Positions 57,708 through 64,000 of a stretch of 64,000 nt of DNA are shown here, one piece after another. Position numbers and translations under genes: made by a program. The first letter of the stretch is position 1. Each line of letters begins with the position of its first letter. The DNA comes from Patescibacteria group bacterium. Lineage in GTDB: Bacteria; Patescibacteriota; Microgenomatia; UBA1400; PJMF01. The stretch spans positions 128,410 through 192,409 of the forward strand of contig JBMORP010000006.1 in NCBI GenBank assembly GCA_049322655.1. Reading direction: 5' to 3'. The notes below the pieces were generated by a model. The model had not been told where the DNA came from. It made no database searches and saw nothing but the letters and a program-made list of their open reading frames with translations.

Positions 57708-58685
57708 ATGAAAAAAGCATTTATTACCGGTATTACCGGTCAAGATGGCTCTTATTTAGCCGAACTTTTATTAGCAAAAGGTTACCAAGTTTTTGGGCTA
57801 ACCAGAAGAACCAGTACTCAAAACTTTGCCAGAATTAAAGGCATTGTCCATGACCCAAATTTAAAACTAATTTCTGGTGACTTAGTTGATCAACACTCTC
57901 TGACTTTTGCGCTCAAAGAGATTCAACCAGATGAAATCTACAATTTAGCAGCTCAATCTTTTGTACAAGCTTCCTGGGAACAACCAGTTTTAACTGGGGA
58001 GTTCACTGGTTTAGGAGTAACAAGAATGTTGGAAGCGATGAGATTAGCCGCACCTAATGCCAAATTTTATCAAGCCAGTTCTAGTGAGATGTTTGGTAAG
58101 GTCCGCGAAACTCCACAAACAGAAGAAACTCCATTTTACCCAAGATCACCTTATGGTGTCGCCAAAGTTTATGGTCACTGGATTACAGTTAACTACCGAG
58201 AATCTTATGATTTATTTGCTGTCTCTGGAATTTTGTTCAATCATGAATCTCCTAGAAGAGGCCTAGAGTTTGTAACCAGAAAAATTGCTAATGGGGTAGC
58301 CAGAGTTAAACTTGGTAAACAAGCCCATGTTGAACTAGGCAACTTAGAAGCAAAGAGAGATTGGGGCTATGCTAAAGACTATGTCGAGGCAATGTGGTTA
58401 ATGTTGCAACAAGATGAACCAGATGACTATGTGGTTGCTACAGGAGAAACTCACTCCGTTAAAGAGTTTTTACAGTTAGCTTGTAAAGCTGCTGGTTTAC
58501 CAAATTGGGAAAAAGTCTATAAACACAACCCTATTTATGATCGACCAGCTGAAGTTGATTTGCTAATTGGTGACCCTAATAAAGCAAAAACTAAATTGGG
58601 TTGGCAACCATCAATTGATTTCGAGCAATTAGTTAAGATTATGGTTGAATCAGAAATTACTGAAGAAAGCAGAATTAGAGATTAA
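57708..58685 (+). CDS. gmd: GDP-mannose 4,6-dehydratase
   Basis: [55 protein letters not shown]. Confidence 0.96.
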   Translation: MKKAFITGITGQDGSYLAELLLAKGYQVFGLTRRTSTQNFARIKGIVHDPNLKLISGDLVDQHSLTFALKEIQPDEIYNLAAQSFVQASWEQPVLTGEFTGLGVTRMLEAMRLAAPNAKFYQASSSEMFGKVRETPQTEETPFYPRSPYGVAKVYGHWITVNYRESYDLFAVSGILFNHESPRRGLEFVTRKIANGVARVKLGKQAHVELGNLEAKRDWGYAKDYVEAMWLMLQQDEPDDYVVATGETHSVKEFLQLACKAAGLPNWEKVYKHNPIYDRPAEVDLLIGDPNKAKTKLGWQPSIDFEQLVKIMVESEITEESRIRD

Positions 58686-58688
58686 GCA

Positions 58689-59873
58689 ATGTCCCTCAAA
58701 AAAGCTTTTGTTATTATTCCCACTTATAATGAAAAAGATAATATTGAGAAAACCTTATCTTTAGTCTTCGATTCACTAAAAAAAGTAACTAATTGGCAAA
58801 CTGGAGTATTAGTAGTTGATGATACTTCTCCAGACAAAACCTATGAATTAGTGAAAAAACTTCAAAAAAAATTTGTCGGCTTAGAGTTACTAATTAATGA
58901 AAAAAAAGCCGGTCTAGGTGGTGCCTATTTAAAAGGCATGGACTATGCTTTTAATCAACTCAAAGCCGATCTGGTTTTTGAGTTTGATGCTGACTTATCT
59001 CACGATCCAGAAAAATTACCCCTCTTTTTTGAGAAAATTGACCAAGGTTATGACATGGTCCTTGGCTCCAGGTATATTCCTGGTGGTAGTATCCCCACTG
59101 ATTGGGGCTTTCATCGTAAATTTTTAAGTATCGTGGGTAATATCGTTATTATGACTATTCTCACTAATTTTTCTATCAGAGATTGGACCACTGGTTATCG
59201 AGCAATTACTAAGAAAGTTTGGCAGGCTGTTCATCAAGAACTAACTGGAGAAAGATTTTCTGGGTACACTTTTCAGATTGGCTTTCTTCATAAAACAATT
59301 AAAAAAGGTTTTTCTATTGCTGAAGTACCATTTCACTTCAAAGATAGAACTTTTGGTAAAAGTAAAATAGGACCTGAGTATATTAAAAATACTCTGGAAT
59401 ACATTATGAAAGTGAGAATTAAAGATCTCTTAAAAAATAGAATTTTCAGGTTTGTGATTGTTGGTGGAATCGGGGCTTCAACTCAATTAGTTCTAGCCAA
59501 TATTTTACCTAGCTTAATATCTTTTCGTAGCTTTCCTTGGAATATTATTCCTGACTTTTTGGCCATCGAGGCAGCGGTGTTAACTAACTTTATTCTTAGT
59601 AACCTCTGGACTTTTTCCGATAGAAAATTAAATCCCAAACAATATCTACCTAAATTCTTGGCATTCAATCTTGCTTCTGGTGGCTCGATTTTAATTCAAA
59701 CTATCATTATTGGTTCAGGCATAGCGATTTTTGGCTTAAAAGACATTTTATTACTCCCAATAGTAAACATCATGTTAAATTCAAGAACTATTTTCCATAT
59801 GACCGGTATTTTAATCGGCATGTTTTGGAACTTTTTTGCCTACAACACTTTTATTTGGAAAAAGAAAAAGTAA
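58689..59873 (+). CDS. Polyprenol-phosphate mannose synthase-like GT2 fused to a GtrA-type flippase domain
   Basis: IPTYNE, VDDTSPD, GLGGAY, DADLSHDP, GSRY, DWTTGYRA; C-terminal FRFVIVGG...NFILSNLWTF...WNF..Y..FIW (GtrA). Confidence 0.88.
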   Translation: MSLKKAFVIIPTYNEKDNIEKTLSLVFDSLKKVTNWQTGVLVVDDTSPDKTYELVKKLQKKFVGLELLINEKKAGLGGAYLKGMDYAFNQLKADLVFEFDADLSHDPEKLPLFFEKIDQGYDMVLGSRYIPGGSIPTDWGFHRKFLSIVGNIVIMTILTNFSIRDWTTGYRAITKKVWQAVHQELTGERFSGYTFQIGFLHKTIKKGFSIAEVPFHFKDRTFGKSKIGPEYIKNTLEYIMKVRIKDLLKNRIFRFVIVGGIGASTQLVLANILPSLISFRSFPWNIIPDFLAIEAAVLTNFILSNLWTFSDRKLNPKQYLPKFLAFNLASGGSILIQTIIIGSGIAIFGLKDILLLPIVNIMLNSRTIFHMTGILIGMFWNFFAYNTFIWKKKK

Positions 59874-59884
59874 TTTAGTTAACT

Positions 59885-61459
59885 ATGAAGAAACTCTTCC
59901 CTGCCAATCCTCTCAAAAGAGTTGCCCTAATTTTGCTTATTTTAGTAGCAGTTTTGCTGAGATTTTATAATCTAGAGAGGTCACTACAATTTCAAGGAGA
60001 TCAGGGTAGAGATGCCATCATCGTTGCCGATATTTTTAGACTCAAAGATCCAGTTTTTATTGGTCCAGTAACCAGTGTTGGCAATATGTATTTGGGGCCA
60101 CTTTACTACTACTTCATGTTACCGTTTTTATGGCTAAGCTATCCTAGCCCAATGGGACCAGTTTATGCTGTTGCAGCTCTTGGTTCAATTACTGTTTTCC
60201 TAGTTTATTATTTGGGCAAAAAGCTGATTGGTGAAAATGGAGCTTTGATTGCTAGTTTTTTCTATACCTTTTCCAGTACTGTTATTCAACATACCAGATT
60301 TAGTTGGAACCCTAATCCAGCTCCACTAGTCTCGATTTTAATGATTTACTTCAGCTACTTGGCTTGGAAAAAAGATTATAAATACTGGATCTGGGTCAGT
60401 ATTTGTTTCAGTATTTTAATTCAACTTCATTATTTAACTTTATTAACACTCCCAGCAGCAGGCTTGATTTGGCTTTTATCTCTGAAAGATTCCTGGAAAA
60501 AAACCACTCAAGAAAAAACTAAAAATTTTTGGCAAAAACTATCACCTTTAATGGTCCCTAGTTTTTTGGCTTTGGGAGTTTTTTTGATCTCGCTTACTCC
60601 TTTGGTTTTATTTGACCTGAAACACGAAGCCAATAACTTCAAGGCATTTCAAAGTTTAATTAAGAGTGAAGAAAACTTTAAATACACCCCCCAAGTGTCT
60701 TTTCTCACCAAATTAACCGAAACTTTCAAAGAAAATGAAGGCAGAGGAATGCATATTCTTTTTGAAACCATGATTGGTAAAAATAGACCACTTAATAAAA
60801 CCCTTCTCTATTTTGTTACTATTTTTATTACTGGCCTAATCTTAATTAAAAGTAAACAACAAAAAGATTCGGCAGCATTAACAGTCGTACTCATCTATTT
60901 ACTGGTAGGAATCGTGGGCACTTCACTTTATGAACATACTATTTTTGATCATTACATCGCTTATTTATTTCCTGTAACAGCTTTAATCTATGGCCTAGTT
61001 ATTAGCCAACTCAAACCTAGGTTGTTAGGTTTTCTTGGTTTTATTGTTTTTGCTGCTTACTTTTTAACCTACAATTGGAAGAATCTGCCACTTAAATCCA
61101 TGGGCTGGACAGTCACAGATATCCAAAAAACTAGTGAGGAAATTCTTAAACATGTTAGTCCAGGAGAAAAATATAATCTTGTTTTACTATCAGAAAGCAA
61201 AGATATTGATGGCCAAAATTATCGTTACTTTTTGACAACTGGTCATACCAGGCCAGTTAGTGCAGAAAATCGAGGAGAAGTCGAGACTCTCTTTATTATT
61301 AATGAAGAAAAAAAACTAACTAAGGTAACCGACTCACCAATCTATGAAATAGTAGTTTTTCCCAACAAAGAACCTGCTGATTTTTTCACTGTTAACAATG
61401 GCCCAGAGATTACTGTCTTAAGGAGAACTACACAACCAAAACCAGAAGGTTTAGAATAG
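59885..61459 (+). CDS. ArnT/PMT_2-like GT-C glycosyltransferase
   Basis: LLRFYNL..FQGDQGRD, IGP, YLGPLYYY, RFSWNP, QLH, DHY. Confidence 0.75.
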   Translation: MKKLFPANPLKRVALILLILVAVLLRFYNLERSLQFQGDQGRDAIIVADIFRLKDPVFIGPVTSVGNMYLGPLYYYFMLPFLWLSYPSPMGPVYAVAALGSITVFLVYYLGKKLIGENGALIASFFYTFSSTVIQHTRFSWNPNPAPLVSILMIYFSYLAWKKDYKYWIWVSICFSILIQLHYLTLLTLPAAGLIWLLSLKDSWKKTTQEKTKNFWQKLSPLMVPSFLALGVFLISLTPLVLFDLKHEANNFKAFQSLIKSEENFKYTPQVSFLTKLTETFKENEGRGMHILFETMIGKNRPLNKTLLYFVTIFITGLILIKSKQQKDSAALTVVLIYLLVGIVGTSLYEHTIFDHYIAYLFPVTALIYGLVISQLKPRLLGFLGFIVFAAYFLTYNWKNLPLKSMGWTVTDIQKTSEEILKHVSPGEKYNLVLLSESKDIDGQNYRYFLTTGHTRPVSAENRGEVETLFIINEEKKLTKVTDSPIYEIVVFPNKEPADFFTVNNGPEITVLRRTTQPKPEGLE

Positions 61460-61468
61460 AAAAAGTTT

Positions 61469-62224
61469 ATGTCTGAAAAACCATATTTATCAGTAGTCAT
61501 TCCTTCATACAATGAGGCTAAAAATCTCGAACGAGGAACTCTAGAAGAAGTACTTTCTTTTTTAAAACAACAAACTTTTACTTGGGAAATTATTTTAACC
61601 GACGATGGTAGTAACGATGGAAGTATAACTCAATTAAATGATTTCGCCCAAAAAGATCAAAGAATCAGGCTTTTAGCTAATAAACATGCGGGCAAAGGAC
61701 CAACTGTTAAGGCTGGAATGCTAGCAGCTAACGGCCAGTGGAAATTATTCACTGACTTTGACCAATCAACACCTATTTCAGAAGTAACTAAATTACTTAA
61801 GTACACTGATAACTACCAAGTTATTTTTGGCTCAAGAGAAATAACTGGAGCTAGAAGAGATAAAGAGCCACTTTATCGACATTTAATGGGCCGAGGCTTT
61901 AATTTATTGGTCCAAATCCTAGCTGTTAGAGGAGTAAAAGATACTCAATGTGGTTTTAAAATGTTTTCTAGTGAAGCTACTGAGAAACTTTTCAAGGCTC
62001 TTTATGTTTATGGAGGCCAAGAGGTTAGAAAAGATGCTTTTACTGGAGCTTTTGATGTTGAATTACTATTTTTGGCCAGAAAAATGAAGATTGATTATAA
62101 AGAAGTTCCGATCTTATGGAAACACCATGCCACCGATCGAGTTAGCCCAATTAAAGATTCTTTAAGAATGCTCAGAGATATTCTTAAAATTAGATTTGCT
62201 TACTTAACAGGTAAATACCATTAG
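61469..62224 (+). CDS. Polyprenyl-phosphate beta-glucosyltransferase (ALG5-like GT2)
   Basis: IPSYNE, DDGS, GKG, FTDFDQST, GSR, DTQCGFKMF, AFDVELL, EVPILW. Confidence 0.85.
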   Translation: MSEKPYLSVVIPSYNEAKNLERGTLEEVLSFLKQQTFTWEIILTDDGSNDGSITQLNDFAQKDQRIRLLANKHAGKGPTVKAGMLAANGQWKLFTDFDQSTPISEVTKLLKYTDNYQVIFGSREITGARRDKEPLYRHLMGRGFNLLVQILAVRGVKDTQCGFKMFSSEATEKLFKALYVYGGQEVRKDAFTGAFDVELLFLARKMKIDYKEVPILWKHHATDRVSPIKDSLRMLRDILKIRFAYLTGKYH

Positions 62225-62228
62225 TTGG

Positions 62229-63461
62229 ATGAAAAATAAAAGATCTGTTAATTTATTGTTTTTTTGTTTATTTATAGTGAGTTTCTTCTATAGTGTTTTT
62301 TCCTATTCACTAACAGATCCAAACTTAATTATTAGCTCTTGGCAACCCTACTGGCATTTCCAACTTTGGATGTGGCAAACCTTCTTTAAAAATACTCAGC
62401 TACTAACCATTTCTTATTTGGGTTTAGTTTTAAGTTTTTTTATAATTTATTTAGTTGGTTTAAAATTTTTTGGTCACCAGAAACAACCAATAACCAAAAA
62501 AATAATTATTAAGTTTTTGATAGCTTTTTCACCCTTACTATTTAGTTATAACGCTCTATCACATGATGTTTTTAACTATATTTTCAATGCCAAGATGGTC
62601 ACTCTATTTAAAGCCAATCCTCATATCAAAACAGCTTTAGATTTTTACTATGATGACTGGACTAGATTCATGCATAACACTCACACTCCGGCACCATATG
62701 GTTACGGCTGGACTATTTTTTCAGTTATTCCTTATCTAGCCGGTTTTCATAAATTTTTATCAAGCTGGTTCATTTTTAAATTATTAGCTTGGGTCAGTTA
62801 CTACTTGCTCTTTTTGACTTTAACAAAATTTTCAGAAAAACTAACCAACAAAAAACTAACTTTACAACAAACTTGGTTAATTTTTGCCAACCCGTTATTA
62901 GTTATAGAAATTCTTTCTAATCTCCATAATGATTTGTGGATGTTAGTGCCAGCTATCGCGGCTTTAAATATGGTGATTGATAAACCCAAAAAATATTTAG
63001 TGCCCAAAGCGATAATCTCTCTCTTGTTATTAGCTTTTTCTATTAGCACCAAACTAGCAACTATTACCCTAATTCCATTTTGGTTTTATTGGTTCGGTAA
63101 ATGGTTTATTCATAATCATAAAATCTTCACCTCAATTTTAAGCTATGAAACCTTGTTTCCAAGCTTAATCTCAATAACTTTGTTCCTGCCACTTCTTACA
63201 GAAAGATCAAAAATGTTTTTACCTTGGTACTTAATTTGGTCTTTAATTTGGCTAGGCCAAAATAAGTTAAAATTTTGGCAAAACTGGTTGTTAGCCCTAA
63301 GTTTAACAGCACTGCTTCGCTACCTACCCTGGTTATTAGCTGGCGGTTTTACTGAATTAGTCGAAAATCAACAAAAAATCCTAGTCTGGGGTGGTGGTTT
63401 AACTTTATTTATCGTTTTTCAACTAGTGAACTGGTTAAAAAAGCCAACTAGCAGAAACTAA
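62229..63461 (+). CDS. GT-C alpha-mannosyltransferase-like protein (MptA/MptB/GT87-like)
   Basis: LSHDVFNY, NP, APYG, FK, ANPL..E...HND, TK, PWY. Confidence 0.7.
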   Translation: MKNKRSVNLLFFCLFIVSFFYSVFSYSLTDPNLIISSWQPYWHFQLWMWQTFFKNTQLLTISYLGLVLSFFIIYLVGLKFFGHQKQPITKKIIIKFLIAFSPLLFSYNALSHDVFNYIFNAKMVTLFKANPHIKTALDFYYDDWTRFMHNTHTPAPYGYGWTIFSVIPYLAGFHKFLSSWFIFKLLAWVSYYLLFLTLTKFSEKLTNKKLTLQQTWLIFANPLLVIEILSNLHNDLWMLVPAIAALNMVIDKPKKYLVPKAIISLLLLAFSISTKLATITLIPFWFYWFGKWFIHNHKIFTSILSYETLFPSLISITLFLPLLTERSKMFLPWYLIWSLIWLGQNKLKFWQNWLLALSLTALLRYLPWLLAGGFTELVENQQKILVWGGGLTLFIVFQLVNWLKKPTSRN

Positions 63462-63485
63462 ACTGACTAGTTACAATAAAATTCA

Positions 63486-64000
63486 ATGAATAAAACAAAA
63501 AAGCAGTTGTTTTGGAAACTAGGCTTAGGTTTGGTGGTGCTTGGCTATCTTTTAACCCATCTAATTGGCTTAACTTTATTGCCTGTCTTTGCTGATGAAG
63601 CGATTTATCTTCGCTGGGCTCAACTCATTCTTGATGATGGACAAAGATATTTGTTTTTCCCCATGAATGATGGCAAAACACCACTTTTTATTTGGTTGCT
63701 AGCTACAGCTTTAAAAACCCACCTCGATCCTTTATTGGCTGGAAGACTGGTCGCTGTTATTACTGGTTTATTTCAAGTTTTGGTAACAGCTAAACTAAGC
63801 CAAAAACTAGGCGGCGGTTGGCTAGCCAAAGTTATAGCTATCTTTTTGGTAATGTTTTTACCATACTGGTATTTTCATCACCGCATGGCCTTAATGGACG
63901 GTTTACTCACCTTGTTTCTCTCAGCTGCACTATTATTTTTAATTAACAGTTTTTCTCAAAACAAACCAAAAAATGTTATTTTAGCTGGTTTATTTCTAGG
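63486..64000 (+). CDS. ArnT/PMT_2-like GT-C glycosyltransferase (partial)
   Basis: Not in the ORF track. Manual translation MNKTKK...LPVFADEAIYLRWAQ...DGKTPLFIW...AGRL...HRMALMD, open to the window end. Confidence 0.78.
   Translation, partial: MNKTKKQLFWKLGLGLVVLGYLLTHLIGLTLLPVFADEAIYLRWAQLILDDGQRYLFFPMNDGKTPLFIWLLATALKTHLDPLLAGRLVAVITGLFQVLVTAKLSQKLGGGWLAKVIAIFLVMFLPYWYFHHRMALMDGLLTLFLSAALLFLINSFSQNKPKNVILAGLFL

Noticed and set aside
1694-63052. Numerous short ORFs (60-130 aa) antisense to, or out of frame within, long genes (e.g. 3973-4266, 31802-32164, 45229-45612, 47529-47828)
   Set aside because: They are nested in well-supported CDSs and have no recognisable motifs; shadow ORFs are expected.

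Overview
A compact, AT-rich bacterial window using the standard code, with many ATGA gene overlaps, and almost entirely devoted to cell-surface glycan biosynthesis. Gene content, the TIGH-type ArgRS and the style of the surface protein suggest a Patescibacteria/CPR genome (Microgenomates-like); this is inference. (1) 1-21.5 kb, minus strand, visibly lower GC: an ABC-exported (Wzm/Wzt) polysaccharide cluster with GT2/GT4/GT11 enzymes, five SAM-methyltransferase domains (two fused to GT2), a VioA-type aminotransferase next to an ATP-grasp ligase, and GDP-fucose synthase. (2) 21.5-64 kb: 14 polytopic GT-C-type proteins (ArnT/PMT/PIG-V/MptA/YfhO-like; 15 in the whole window), Wzx, LCP, RmlB/RmlD, Ugd, Gmd and an Rmd-like reductase, with argS and trmD interspersed. 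Four polyprenyl-phosphate sugar synthases are spread across both parts. Embedded in part 2 is a Cys-rich, Thr/Pro-repeat, LPETG-tailed surface protein directly followed by two HPPL-motif PMT-like transferases. The best candidate for a novel system is a lipid-linked, extracytoplasmic glycoprotein/glycocalyx assembly line. Other notable signals are a tandem pair of related hairpins with a compensatory base-pair change at 34267-34426, and recurrent -10 boxes only 6 or 10 nt upstream of start codons. No rRNA, tRNA, CRISPR array or transposase was recognised. All family assignments come from motif recognition by eye, not from database searches.
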